Positions 11,058 to 25,186 of a stretch of DNA of 64,000 nucleotides are shown piece after piece. Below the pieces are notes generated by a model. That model had not been told where the DNA came from, searched no databases, and saw only the letters and a list, made by a program, of their open reading frames with translations. Each line of letters opens with the position of its first letter. Position 1 is the stretch's first letter. Origin of the DNA: Eledone cirrhosa (taxonomy: Eukaryota). Where the stretch lies: positions 252,402,001 to 252,466,000 of the forward strand of contig OZ024741.1 in NCBI GenBank assembly GCA_964016885.1, given 5' to 3'. The translations under genes and the position numbers were made by a program.

Positions 11058-12815
11058 TAATAGTAGTAATAAGTACAAAGACCAAAATTCAGACAGGTCA
11101 CAATAAGGGTTATATATATATATATTTATATGTACATATAGCAAGTATGTGAGAATAATATTGATATTGAAATGTTATTTAGTTGTCTTCATCTAGATAG
11201 ATTTCTCATTGATATAATCACAATGAAAATAAATATAATCTGTACTACAGAATCAACTGTAAATAGACATTCTGTGCTATAGATGAAACTATAAATATAC
11301 AGTACGTATGCTGTACGAAGCTATACGTAATGTGAGAAAGTATTTATATAAAAAGAGTTTGCATATTTTATCATCATCATAATCATCACCGTTTTACATC
11401 CATTCTTCCACGCTAGCATGGGTTAGAAAATTGAAAACCTACTTCAGTTTATTGCAAATTTTCACAATCATCAATCCACTAGTAAAGATATTGTAAACGT
11501 TTGAATTAACAAACCTGTTTTTAACTATTTTCAACTAAATCCTGATAGTAAAAAAATCATCAGAAAGAAACAAAAAGATACAAATCTGTTTGACAGAGTT
11601 AAAATCTGTGTTGTAAAGAGAACTGAAATTTTAGTAAACAAGTCTGACATGTGTGAACAGATATAATGGTTTTCTATTCATTATATATATAATCCATGTC
11701 AAAAATAACCATATATCCTATCAACATATCTGCTACTATTCTCAATAAATAACAATGTTTCTAACAGAAGTTTATCATTATTATTATTACTGCTATTATT
11801 ATTTTTATTTTGCATCATTTTTGCTTTTCTGAACACCTTGTGCTCCTTGGGTATGAGCAGTATAGGATTTGGTGATGTTATTTCTATTATATTGATAGTA
11901 ATTTTCATAATATCTGTGCAGTGCCTAGTAGTGCTATCTTATGTATGCTAGATATATTTATAAGTCATGAGGTTTGGGCTATGTATTTGTCTGTGTGATT
12001 TTTTATCATTCCTAGAGCATCTATTATTATAGGGATTGTTTCTGTTTTCATTTTCCACAATCAAGTTATTATTATTATTATCATTATTATTATTTCCAGA
12101 ATGACTAATCCACACACATATTAGAGAATCAATATCCACTTATATAGATATATATGTTGTTGTCTTTAATAATACACTTATATATACATTTCAGACCATA
12201 AATTTCTCTCAGACTTTGTCATACAACAATGTCTGACATCAGCACGATATCTGCTGCTCTGTAATTATAGATTCATTAAGATGTCTTCCTATATTTTGTT
12301 AAGATATTTCTACAATGTTCTGAAAACATCAATTAATGATTATGACATGATACAATATATATATAAAATATTACTTTAGAAATATTTCTGCTATATATAA
12401 AGATAATGTGATTAGAATGTCTATAGAAACTATAGAAGTGAGATAATATAAATTAGGAAAAATGGAGTAAAGGCAGGATGTTGTGAAGACAAAATGGAGA
12501 TTTACTGTCATATATGTTGTTTAGTTAGACAAGCTACACACATAATTTTAACTACCAAACAATAGAGTAAAATAAAATAATATATATCAACTGCATTAAT
12601 ATATAAGTAGTGTATTTCTAACACTGAGTTGAGAAAATGTAATAATAAGTTAGCATTTTATAGTAATATGTATGTTATATGTGGAACATCAGTTGATGGT
12701 ATTTCTCAGAGATAGAAATGGTCTTTTATAAATCTCTTTTGATAATTTCTTACATGTAATATTTTCACATTATATCAAATATGAAATCTGTGAATAAGAC
12801 AAGATGTACACTTAC

Positions 12816-13293
12816 CTCCATTGTCTCATCGATAATCTATGTCTGTGTATGATACTCTGTGTTAGTGTGTGGTAGAGTGTGATAGTGTCTCTATGGTAGT
12901 AGTAGAGAGAGGGATCACAAGATGTAACTTCTACTACTATTGCTGCTGTTGTTGTTTCTGTTGTTATTGCTGCTGTTGTTATTGCTAGTGTTGGCGGTGC
13001 TGGTGTTGTTACTGATGCAGTTGGTACTGCTGCTGCTGTTATTGCTACTGTTGTTTTTCTGCTGCTGCTGTTATTATTGTTGCTGTTGATTCTCCTCTGC
13101 TGTTACTGCTGCTGTTGTTTCTGCTGCTGTTGTTATTGTTGTTGTTGCTGCTGCTGTTCTTATTGCTGTGTTGTTACTGTTGTTGTTATTGTTATTACTG
13201 CTGCTGTTTCCCTGCTGCAGCAGTCTACTACACACACACAATATTACTACACATATTCGACAGTATACTCCAATGATGTGTCATAAGAGAGCT
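12816..13293 (-). other. Putative leader exon 1 of gene A
   Basis: Donor GAG|GTAAGT at 12816/12815. Same layout as unit 0. Confidence 0.55.
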
Positions 13294-13671
13294 GTATAGT
13301 CTGTGTAGTGTATAGTCTATATATGAGTTATAGTTTTATCATGTACAGTGTAACAATGGTGTGTAGTATATATTTATATGTGAAATTTAGATATATATAT
13401 GTGTTGTACAAATATATGATGTTTTGAATTACATGGAATATCACTCAACGTTCTGTTCCTTATATATATACACAACAGAATATGGAGTAATATTCATGTA
13501 ATTTAACACACACACACACATATATATATATATGGATAGATTTATGTGTACATGTATTTATGTACCCCCAAACACATTTATATATATACATAAATATATA
13601 ATTATCATGATCATGTATATATAAATTCCTGTTGAGCACATTCAAGCAGGGAGAAGAGGACAGAAAAATGA

Positions 13672-13735
<64 letters not shown>

Positions 13736-14276
13736 ATGGAGGCTGAAAAAACCAGTTAGACCATTACTCACCAGAGTACTCGATACTTGTGTTACCAGAG
13801 TGGGTAATATAAAACATTTCTGGACTCAGATGATTGAACTCCTGCTCTTTCAACAGTGGGATCCAAACAGAATTTGGCTCTTGCTGTTGAAATGGCAGGA
13901 GCTCAGCCATTGGTGTCACAATTTTTTTCATATATATATATATATCATCGGTTTTACATCCACTTTTCAATGCTTGCATGAGTTAGGAAGGAATATATGT
14001 GTGTATATATATATATATAGCCTTAAAGCATGGTATGTACCTGTTATAATATCCAGATTGACAGTACAATAATCATATCAGTTTATGTGTAGGGGTATCT
14101 GTGTGCATGTATGTGTGTGTTTATGTATATGTTTATGTGTGTCTATGTATGTATAGTATATGTCTGTGAAAATGTCTTCGTAGAATGCTCCAGAATGATA
14201 AGATCCTGACACAATGGTGCACAGACTTTCTCTTTCTTTTTGTTACAATTTCTGTTCCTCTGGTAGAAATGTGGTT

Positions 14277-14300
14277 TTATTTTTTAACTCTTGTTGGTAA
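14277..14300 (-). CDS. Putative terminal coding exon of gene B (LPTRVKK*)
   Basis: Same acceptor and 24-nt coding segment as in A. Confidence 0.6.
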   Translation of the reverse strand, partial: LPTRVKK

Positions 14301-15307
14301 CTGAAACAGAGAAAACAACATATAGCATCCAACAAATCATTGAATATTACATTTTATGTCTGTCGTACAATGTCTGACAGAGAATATATTTAGTCAATAA
14401 ATGGCATGTTTTAGGATTGGTTGAGAGGACTCGTCAGTCACGAGATGACAACCTCTCTAGTGTTAGTACCATAGAGAACACACCCAATATATCCTGTGAG
14501 GTGGTTGGTAATAGGAAGGGCATGTGGCTGTACAAGCCATGGCATAAATGTCTTGAGAGAACTCTTCAATTGTGTCATGGACAATCCCAGATTCTCACTT
14601 TAAGCTAGACTATACACTTGTCAGTGTATGTGGCTCTCCCTTCTGACTCATCTGAATTTGCAAAATAAGGGCCTACTCTCTCACTACATATCTCTATTAC
14701 AGACATTTTGAAATAGCCTTACACTCCACCTCAATTACAGATTTTAAAAACATAGCCCTACACTCACTGATCATCACTAGAGTTATTTTAAGAAATAACC
14801 CTACGTTCTACCTACACTAGATATTTTATAAACTAGTCTTAAACTCAACCTCGAAATGAAATATTATAAGAAATAATCTTACACTTCATATCGATTACAG
14901 ATATTTTTTAGAAATAGACTTACACCATAATCACTACAATTATGTTAAGAAACAACACTACACCTTTTGTAGATATTTTATTAAATAGTCTGACACTCAA
15001 CATCCACTTGAAATACATTAAGGAAAAGTCTTACATTCCATCATCTCTACAGATATTTCCAGGAATAGTTTTACACTCTCTATCTATTACAGATATTTTA
15101 ACAGATAGTCTTCAACTTCAACATCACATTAGATATTCTAATAGTCTTACACTTCATCATCATGAGAGATATTTTAAGAAACAACACTACACTCCACATT
15201 CACTACATTTAGTTTAACAAATAGTCTTTAACCCCCTCACCACCTCTCAACCAATATTGTAAGAAATAGTTTTATACAATTACTTTAATAAAAATCATTA
15301 CACTCTA

Positions 15308-16510
15308 AAACAAGCCAGATATCAACCTAGAAGGGGCACCATTGAGCAGATCCTAGCTATGGAACAAATCATTGAGAAATCAATAGAATTCAACAACCCT
15401 GTGCACATCACCTTCATTGATTTCACAAAAGCTTTTGACAATGTGAAACTACCCAGCTTGTGGCAACTCTTAAGCAAGACCTCAATTAACAAAAAATACA
15501 TCAATCTATTGTAAGAAACTTATACGAACTCAACAGCATATATCAAAACAGACTTGGGAACTATATGCTTGTATAGACATCATGAAGGGAGTTGAGCAGG
15601 GGGATGTACTATCAGCACTTCATTTCTGTATTTATAGCTGCACTTATTTACCAAACTGAAGAAGAATGCTCCTCTGGCTATCAAATAGGAGGTAAAGTCT
15701 TATCAAATCTTAGCTATGCAGACGATCTAGCCATCATGAGTTACTCTAGAACTGATCTGCAAAACTTTCTGAATGTACTGGCCAAACATTCACTGGAGGC
15801 TGGCTTGCACATCAATATCTCCAAAACAAAATGTATGACAACTGATAAAAACAATGCCAATCTCCAGCTCACAATCTACAACCAGCAAATTGCTCAAGTT
15901 ATGGAGTTTGTATATCTCGGTCACAAACTATCATCAAACAACAATGGAATGGTTGCTGCACAATATTGAATCATTATAGGTTGAGCAGCTTTCAACAAGA
16001 ACAAGGAAGTACTAACATCAAAACGAGTGTCCTACCATTTGAAGATCTTTGATACTTACATCCAGTTGTGTTATATGGTCTTGACTGTGTTAATTGGTCG
16101 ACAAGGTAACTTCAAAAGCTCTCTACATTCCAGAACCACATCATGAGACTTATGACTGGCATGAGACTTATGACTGGCAAGCGGCTCAGCGACCGTATCT
16201 GTATCACTGAGCTGCTCAACATTACCAAACTTAGACCAATTACATTAAGTTTCAAATCAAGAGTGCTCAAACTATACGGCCATATAAAAAGATCAACTCG
16301 TGGTGTGAGTAGGTTATGCCTGGAAGGAAGGTTGGCTGGTAAAAGAAGCAGAGGCCGGCAGCCAAAACAATGGCTTGACAATGTCAATTCATGGACTGGA
16401 CTTGATATTTGCTCTTTGAACTGTGCTGCTGGTGATCGAACATTGTGGAGAGATATCACATGTTAATGCATCGTCTGCAACTGGTGGAGTGTAGCGTCAC
16501 AAGAAATTAG
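15308..16510 (+). mobile_element. 5'-truncated, degenerate RTE-type LINE (reverse transcriptase + C-terminus)
   Basis: Frames read ...RGTIEQI...FIDFTKAFDNV..., LSYADDL, FVYLG and LEGRLAGKRSRGRQPKQWLD, with frameshifts and stops. Absent from the other units. Flanked by the direct repeat ACTCTA (15302-15307, 16511-16516). Confidence 0.88.
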
Positions 16511-17079
16511 ACTCTAGATTCATTAAAGTCTGTCTCAAGCCAGAAAGCTCACCAAGGTGGTGTATATTGCAGTTAGATGGTGTGATGTGACAGAGTACAA
16601 GTCTCTCCATTGGACAGGATGCCAGTCCATCGCAGGGTTAATCCTCTAGTTGTTGTTGGTTCTGGAGCAACATGAAATGGTGAGTTTTGCTTAAGAACAC
16701 AACACACAACTCAGCCCAGGAATCAAATCCATGACATTATGATAGTGAGTCCAACACCCTAACCACTAGGTCACAGGTCTCCACTTCAGCTTCACTAGAA
16801 ATATATTAATAAATATTCTTTCACTTTCAGTTCACTATGAGATAAACTTTCACTCCATCTTCACTAGAGGTATTCTAAAAAATATTCTGACACATCACTT
16901 CAGGGGAGAACAAACAACAAAACCTGAAACACTGAAAGTTGTAACAAGTGTTAGGACATCAATAAACATTACGAACTTCCAATAGTGGTATTGAGTTGTG
17001 ATGATAATAATACATGTAACAATAGATTTGGTGGTGATATATAAATCTGATGAATACATAATGTGTAAATATAACTTAC

Positions 17080-19512
17080 CAATATTGTATTTGGTGGACT
17101 CTTTTCCAGGGTACCTGTGTCTATCCATTCACTCTGGGATTCATACTGGGGGTAAAAGTCTCCCTGACATTCTATATACTGGATGTTTCTATAATTCAAA
17201 TCTGTAGAATACCTCACTGGGGTACCAGGAACACTGCTGTTGCTGCTCTGACATGGTAAAGGTTGATCAATTCTGTTACATATAGCTGACCGATCAACAC
17301 CTCTCCTAGTGGCCTTTGTAGATTGAGACTGACCACTGCTACATTTCAAAATACACAGTGTGATGGACACTACAATGACCACAGCCACTATTACAGCTGC
17401 TACTATAATTATAATTAATATTGGTATATCAAATATTTTCTTCTTCTCTAACTGGACAGTGGTCATCTGTGGTGCTGTTGTCTTGTTGGTAACCTTTAAT
17501 GATAAAGACACAGTAGTTGTGGCTGACATCACTGGGGTACCAGAATCCTTGACCACAAGTACCAGTTGATATGAGCCAACTTCATTGAGATGAGGTGGAC
17601 GTGAGAAAGACATTTGACCAGTAAAAGAGTTCAGTGTAAACAACTGTTTATTATTACCATCAAGTATTCCATATTTGAGGAAGGCATTTAAATGACTGTC
17701 TCTATCAGTGGCTTTAATCACAGTGATGGCATTGGTACTTTGTGGATGGTAATGGACATTGATATGGAATGGGTCAGTTGTAGGGTAGATAAAATATGGA
17801 CTATTGTCATTTCTGTCTAAAACCTCAATAACAACATTGGCTGTATTATTCAATGAGGGTTGACCATTGTCTTTGACGAATACTTCAAATTTATACATGT
17901 CTTCTTCTTCTCTATCTAATGGTATGTTGCTGGTAATAAAACCATAGTCACTCACCTTAAATGGTATATTATTTCTGTCTTTACTTAATATTGAGTAAGT
18001 TAGTTGACCAGCCCTTCCTAGGTCTGGGTCAGTGGCATTAATAAAACCTATAGGAAAGTTAGCATTTCCATTCTCATAAGTAAGGAAGTGGAATTTATCT
18101 TTGGTAAATTGTGGTTTCACATCATTTACATCCATTACTGCAATAGAAATCTTTCTCTCTGTCTTTAAAGGAGGGCTTCCATTATCTTCACATACAATTT
18201 TTATATTAAAATGGTCCAATATTTCTCTATCAAGTGATTTCTTCAAAGTAATTTTATATTCCTTAGATTCTAAATGTGAGAGTACAACTTTATCATGTTT
18301 TAAATTACAAGTCACCTCTCCATTCTCTCCTACATCATTGTCCACCACATTGATATAAGCTATATAACTGCCCACTTTAGTTCCTTCATAAATTGCTGCT
18401 GTATCTTTCTTTAGTTCAGACACAAAATTCATATCAATTTCTGGGGCATGGTTCTTTTCATTAAGAACATTCACCCGAACAATGGCTAAGGAATTTAATG
18501 GAGGATTCCCACCATCTTTGGCCTCTACATATAACTTGAGAATATTCTTTTTTTGTGATGTAAAGTGTTTTTTTACAAACAATTCTCCTGTCTGGTGGTT
18601 TATTTTAAAGTAGCCTCTTGTGCGCCCTGGCGTTTTTGAACTGATATAGTAAGTAACTTGACCATTTTGTCCAGAATCTGGGTCTTTGGCTGACAATGTC
18701 ACAATGGGAATATCATTAGCATGTGTATTTTTTATGGAAATATTGTAGATATGTTTTGCAAAAACTGGTGAGTTATCATTAACATCAATTATTGTTATAT
18801 GAACATGTAATATTCCTTGTTTCGGAGGTTGCCCACCATCTTTAGCTATTACTTCTAGATTATAACTATCTTTTATTTCCCTATCTAGTTTGTCTCCCAG
18901 AATAATTCCTATTTTAGCACCACCTGTGATAGTTTTCCTAACAGACAATATAAATGGTTCATTGAATCTTTTCTTTAATTTATATGTAATTTCTGAGTTC
19001 TCCATTCCAATATCGTTGTCAATGGCATCTGGTATCAAACCTTCAGCACCTTCACCATCACGTTCCCCAAATATTAATTCCATCTTTTTCTGTGGAAACT
19101 CTGGGCTGTGATCATTGATGTCTTGTATAATGACTTTAACTTTTATGATTTTCAAAAATGTCTTCCGTTTATGTACAGCAACTTTGATGTATCTAAAACA
19201 ATCTGATTCATATGTACACAGTTCCTCAGCATCAAGTGTTTGTGTAGTGTACAGTTTACCATCTTTCGTGACATTAAATAAGTGAGAAGAATCTGTTCTT
19301 TGTTGCTGTATTTGGTGATATGTGATGAAGTTATTTTCTACAAGTGAGGCACTATTCTCCATCTGTGTGTCAGCAGCAATATCCCCAACAAATGTAAAGG
19401 GACTACTTTCTTCTTCTACATGGTAGCTCAGATCAACACAGACACAACTGTGTAATAATAGACTGAGGACATTGGCAAGTAAGTATGTATTCCACACACA
19501 GTCTACTTCCAT
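17080..19512 (-). CDS. Protocadherin B, large coding exon (811 codons)
   Basis: Intact paralog of A. Exon starts at 19545 after TTTCAG. Donor TTG|GTAAGT at 17080/17079. Confidence 0.96.
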
Positions 19513-19849
19513 CACAGAATATTAAATCATATCTTCTGTTTTTATCTGAAATTACAGGAGAAAATATAAAATTTCTATTGGAATATTTCAGAGAATGTTT
19601 TATATTTTAGTAAGAAATATACACATAGTTTTCTAATTTCAAGTAATTAGCTCAAATCAATTAGATATAGCTGGCTTCCTATGAAAAGTTTTTGGATAAG
19701 AAATTACAGGAGAAAATATAAAATTACTATTGAAATAATTTACTGAAGTTCATGAAAAATGCAAAGCAAAAATTTAACAGTAATATAATATATGTAATAA
19801 CATCTAAAGTTTAATGCTTAATATAGACATAAAATAAAAATATTAATGG

Positions 19850-19930
19850 TGTATGTATGTATGTATGTATGTATGTATGTATGTATGTATGTATGTATGT
19901 ATGTATGTATGTATGTATGTATGCATGTAT
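19850..19930. repeat. (TATG)n microsatellite
   Basis: Read directly from the sequence. A degenerate counterpart lies at 8640-8765. Confidence 0.95.
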
Positions 19931-21051
19931 GTGTGAATGAATGCTTGATATTATTTTTACGATAAAATCAAAACTTTAGGAACAAACTCAAGGTAGTTGA
20001 GAATAAACTGATAACCATTCTAGTGTTATCAAAATTCTCATAACAGTTGAGTTAATGAATATGTGTATGCGTGTGTGTCTGTTAATATAATATTTAGAGA
20101 AGATAAATAAGATGAATATGTGTTATAGATATTTCAGATGATGTAATATATATGGTAAATGAAATACTTCATGCATTTGAAGTTAATTTGCTAAAAAACA
20201 ATGAATATATGTATTAGAAACTTTAATCATCCTTACTTTCATACTTTAATATACTGCAAATTACAATAATACAATATATTCATGGGAGATAATTACGTTT
20301 ATAATGTGTAGTCATTGTAATTATCTCCCTTAATCTAACGTTGCATTCTAATCTTTCATTTTTTTTATATTGATTCACCTGAAATTTTAGGTTGTAAATA
20401 ATGAATTTAACACCATAAATAAAGATTGGGTGATTAAAGATAAACATCTAAGTTTCACATTTCCATTCTTAAAACTAAGATTCAAAGAAACGTAGATAAT
20501 ATTAAATAGCGATTTATGGTGTGTGACATTGTGTGATAAGTTACAGTGTGCCTGGATTGTACATAATATATTAAGAGAAAGAACATCTCTGTGAATGTAA
20601 TATTGTGATAGGGTACAGTGTGTCTCGATATCACAACATATCTAAGAGAATTAACATATTTCAATTTGATATTGTGTGAAAGTCCAAATATCACATCGTA
20701 TATGAAGAGATGTAACTTAATATCTACCAATGTGATATTGCTATTGGTACAGAAGGTCTAAATATCATATTATATATCATGAGATGTAACATATTTGTCA
20801 GTGGGATATTGTGTGATAATGTACAGTCTATCTAGATATCACATCATATGTGAAGTGATGTAACAATATATGTCAATGTGATATTGTGTGATAATGTACA
20901 ACTTCTACGTTAAGTTAAAATAATTTAATCTGTCATTTAAGAAATAAGTTAATTTGATATATTAATAAAATTTCAAATTTTAAAAATTATCAGATTTACA
21001 AAACAGGATTATTTCTTATTTAATTTCAAGTGAGATAATATGAAAACTTAC

Positions 21052-21079
21052 CAAAAGTGGGAAATATAAGACATCCAAA
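21052..21079 (-). other. Putative 28-nt 5'UTR micro-exon of gene B
   Basis: Same acceptor/donor pair. Confidence 0.7.
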
Positions 21080-23256
21080 CTGAATGAGAAAATGCTTTTA
21101 AGTTGAACATTTCAAGTCATCCCATTTTGATAATAACAGAAGACTGTCAGTTCCATCAGATGGGTCCTTTCCATCAGATGTGACCCTAAATTATTTCAAA
21201 ATATATTACCAATATATAATTACTGTAAAGAAAGGAGAGAGAAATAGTTTTTTTATAGAAATACATTTGTAAAGAATTTCTCTACCATGCCTTATCATCA
21301 TCATCATCATCAACAATGTTATTCTCCATTTTCCTCCCTAACATGGATTGGATGAATTGTCCTGTGTGAGACAAGTCAAATCAGATGACTGTATCTTGTT
21401 CATACAAACGGTTTTCTGGTTTGTTTCTATGGCTTGTTGCCCTTCCCAACCACATTTACAGTGTGGACTAGAGACTAGGGTAGGGGAGATGCAGCTCTGT
21501 ATAAAAATGTTGAATACTTCACATATATACACACATATATATATATGCATAGACAGTAGTAATAATAAATACAAAGACCAAAATTCGGACAGGTCAAAAT
21601 AAGGGTTATATATATATATATATATTTATATGTACATATAGCAAGTATGTGAGAATAATATTGATATTGAAATGTTATTTAGTTGTCTTCCTCTAGATCG
21701 ATTTCTCATTGATATAATCACAATGAAAATAAATATAATCTGTACTACAGAATCAACTGTAAATAAACATTCTGTGCTATAGATGAAACTATAAATATAC
21801 AGTACGTATGCTGTACGAAGTTATACATAATGTGAGAAAGTATTTACATAAAAAGAGTTTGCATATTTTATCATCATCATAATCATCACCGTTTTACATC
21901 CATTCTTCCACGCTAGCATGGGTTAGAAACTTGAAAACCTACTTCAGTTTATTGCAAATTTTCACAATCATCAATCCACTAGTAAAGATATTGTAAACCT
22001 TTGAATTAACAAACCTGTTTTTAACTATTTTCAACTAAATCCTGACAGTAAAAAAATCATCAGAAAGAAACAAAAAGATACAAAATCCGTTTGACAGAGT
22101 TAAAATCTGTGTTGTAAAGAGAACTGAGATTTTAGTAAACAAGTCTGACATGTGTGAACAGATATAATGGTTTTCTATTCATTATATATATAATCCATGT
22201 CAAAAATAACCGTATATCCTATCAAAATATCTGCTACTATTCTCAATAAATAACAATGTTTCTAACAGAAGTTTATCATTATTATTATTACTGCCATTAT
22301 TATTTTTATTTTGCTTCATTATTGCTTTTCTGAACACCTTGTGCTCCTTGGGTATGAGCAGTGTAGGATTTGCTGATGTTATTTCTATTATATTGATAAT
22401 AATTTTCATAATATCTGTGCAGTGCCTAGTAGTGCTATCTTTTGTATGCTAGATATATTTATAAGTCATGAGGTTTGGGCTATGTATTTGTCTGTGTGAT
22501 TTTTTATCATTCCCACAGCATCTATTATTATAGGGATTGTTTCTGTTTTCATTTTCCACAATCGAGTTATTATTATCATTATTATTATTTCCAGAATGAC
22601 TAATCCACATACATATTAGAGAATCAATATCCACTGACATAGACATATATGTTGTCTTTAATAATACACTTATATATACATTTCAGACCATAAATTTCTC
22701 TCAGACTTTGTCATACAACAATGTCTGACATCAGCACGATATCTGCTGCTCTGTAATTATAGATTCATTAAGATATCTTCCTATATTTAATGATGACATG
22801 ATACAATATATATATAAAATATTACTTTAGAATTATTTCTGCTATATATATATAATGATAATGTGATTAGATTGTTTATAGTAAATATAGAAGTGAAATA
22901 ATATAAATTAGGAAAAATGGAGTAAAGGCAGGATGTTGTGAAGACAAAATGGAGATTTACTGTCATATATGTTGTTTAGTTAGACAAGCTACACACATAA
23001 TTTTAACTACCAAACAATAGAGTAAAATAAAATAATATTTATTAACTACATTAATATATAAGTAGTGTATTTCTAACACTGAATTGAGAAAAATGTAATA
23101 ATAGGTTAGTATTTTATAATACTTCAACATCAGTTGATGGTAATTCTCAGTGATAGAAATAGTCTTTTATAAATCTCTTGATAATTTCTTACATGTAATA
23201 CTTTCACACATTATATCAAAGATGAAATATGTGAATAAAACAAGATGTACACTTAC

Positions 23257-23605
23257 CTCCATTGTCTCGTCCATAATCTATGTCTGTGTATGATACTCTG
23301 TGTTAGTGTGTGGTAGAGTGTGATAGTGTCTCTGTGGTAGTAGTAGAGAGAGGGATCACAAGATGTAACTACTATTATTGCTGCTGCTGTTGTTGTTATT
23401 GCTGTTTTTGTTACTGGTGCAGTTCTTATTGTTGTTGTTGCTATTTCTGTGGCCGTTGCTGTTGTTATTGCTGCTGCTGCTGTTGTTACTGTTGTTGTTT
23501 TTGTTATTACTGCTGCTGTTTCCCTGCTGCAGCAGTCTACTACACACACACAATATTACTACACATATTCTACAGTATACTCCAATGATGTGTCATAAGA
23601 GAGAT
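23257..23605 (-). other. Putative leader exon 1 of gene B
   Basis: Donor at 23257/23256. Confidence 0.55.
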
Positions 23606-23787
23606 GTATAGTCTGTGTAGTGTATAGTCTATATATGAGTTCTAGTTTTATCATGTACAATGTAACAATGGTGTGTAGTATATATTTTTATATGTGGAAT
23701 TTAAATATATTGGGTGTTGTACAAATATATGATGTTTTGAATTACATGGAATATCACTCCATGTTCTGTTCCTTATATATATATATA

Positions 23788-24083
23788 TCATCATCATTCA
23801 TCATTTCATTTCACGTCCGCTTTTGCCTGCTTGCAAGGGTGGAGCAGGAACTGATTCTGGCTTGGTTTCTACAGCTGGATGCCCTTCCTAACACCAACCT
23901 CATTTACAGTGAGTGTTGGGTGCTTTTTTACCAGGGCACCTCCACGACCATTTTGCAGTAAACTGGAGCAATGTAAAATAAAGTGTCTTGCTCAAGGAAA
24001 CAACACATCACCAGGTCTGAGAATTGAACTCACAACCTTTCGATTGCAAGGCCAATGCTCTAACCACTAAGCCATGTTCCTCC
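23788..24083 (-). mobile_element. tRNA-derived SINE, same family as 10680-11020
   Basis: The reverse complement matches head, core and tail. Inserted in (TA)n and specific to this unit. Confidence 0.85.
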
Positions 24084-24189
24084 ATCATATATACACACAT
24101 ACACACACACACACACACACAGAGAGAGACAGAATATGGAGTGATATTCGTGTAATTTAATGCACACTCACACATATATATATATATAA

Positions 24190-24390
24190 ATTAGGTAACA
24201 CGGTAAAAACCTCGCAGTCCACACAGTAAACGTGGTTGGTGTTAGGAAGGGCATCCAGCCGTAGAAAGCCCACCAGACAGTCCTATACGAGCAAGACAAC
24301 CAATCTTGACTGAAGTGGGAAAACTCTCGTCCAAACCTATGGAAGCGTGGAAGATGGACGTTAAACGATGATGATGATGATGATGATAAT
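24190..24390 (+). mobile_element. 5'-truncated SINE/LINE tail
   Basis: Shares GTTGGTGTTAGGAAGGGCATCCAGC with the SINE family and ends GGACGTTAAAC(GAT)n. Confidence 0.65.
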
Positions 24391-24797
24391 GATAATAAAT
24401 TCATGTTTACATGTATTTATGTAGATCCCACACACATTCATGAACATATACATAAATATATAATTATCATGATTATATATATATAAACTCCTGTCTATCC
24501 CATTGAAGCATGGAGAAGTGGACATAAAAATGATGATTTATATCGGAATGGAGGTGGTAGAAACCAGTTAGACCATTATTCACCAGAGTACTTGATACTT
24601 GTGGTACCAGAGTGGGTAATATGAACAATTTTGCTACCCCAACGGCTGAGCTCTAGCCATTTCAACAGCTGGATCCAAACAGAATTCAGCACTTGCTGTT
24701 GAAATGGCAGGAGCTCAGCCATTGGTGTCACGATTTTTTTCATATATATATCATCGGTTTCACAACCCCGTTTGTATGCTTGCACGAGTTTAGCAGT

Positions 24798-24831
<34 letters not shown>

Positions 24832-25162
24832 AGGGTGGGTGTATATAAATACATATATACATAAATTTATTCATATATATATATATATATATACATATAG
24901 CCTAAAAGCATGGTATGTACCTGTTATAATATCCAGATTGACAGTACAATAATCATATCAGTATATGTGTAGGGGTACTTGTGTGCATGTATGTGTGTGT
25001 TTATGTATATGTTTATGTGTGTCTATGTATGTATAGTATATGTCTGTGAAATTGTCTTCTTACAATGCTCCAGAATGATAAGATCCTGACACAATGGTGC
25101 ACAGACTATCTCTTTCACTTTCTCTTTGTTACAATTTCTGTTCCTCTGGTAGAAATGTGGTT

Positions 25163-25186
25163 TTATTTTTTAACTCTTGTTGGTAA
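25163..25186 (-). CDS. Putative terminal coding exon of gene C (LPTRVKK*)
   Basis: Same acceptor and coding segment. Confidence 0.6.
   Translation of the reverse strand, partial: LPTRVKK

Noticed and set aside
13764-13979. Possible extra exon (…SIEYS CTG|GTGAGT) downstream of the terminal exon in genes A-D
   Set aside because: There is no clear acceptor, the donor is altered in C (GTGAAT), the region is rearranged in D and the whole block is absent in E-G.
14417-14608. 63-78 aa plus-strand ORF repeated in several units (VERTRQSRDD...)
   Set aside because: It overlaps a decayed SINE segment (GGTTGGTAATAGGAAGGGCAT) and has stops in the gene A copy.
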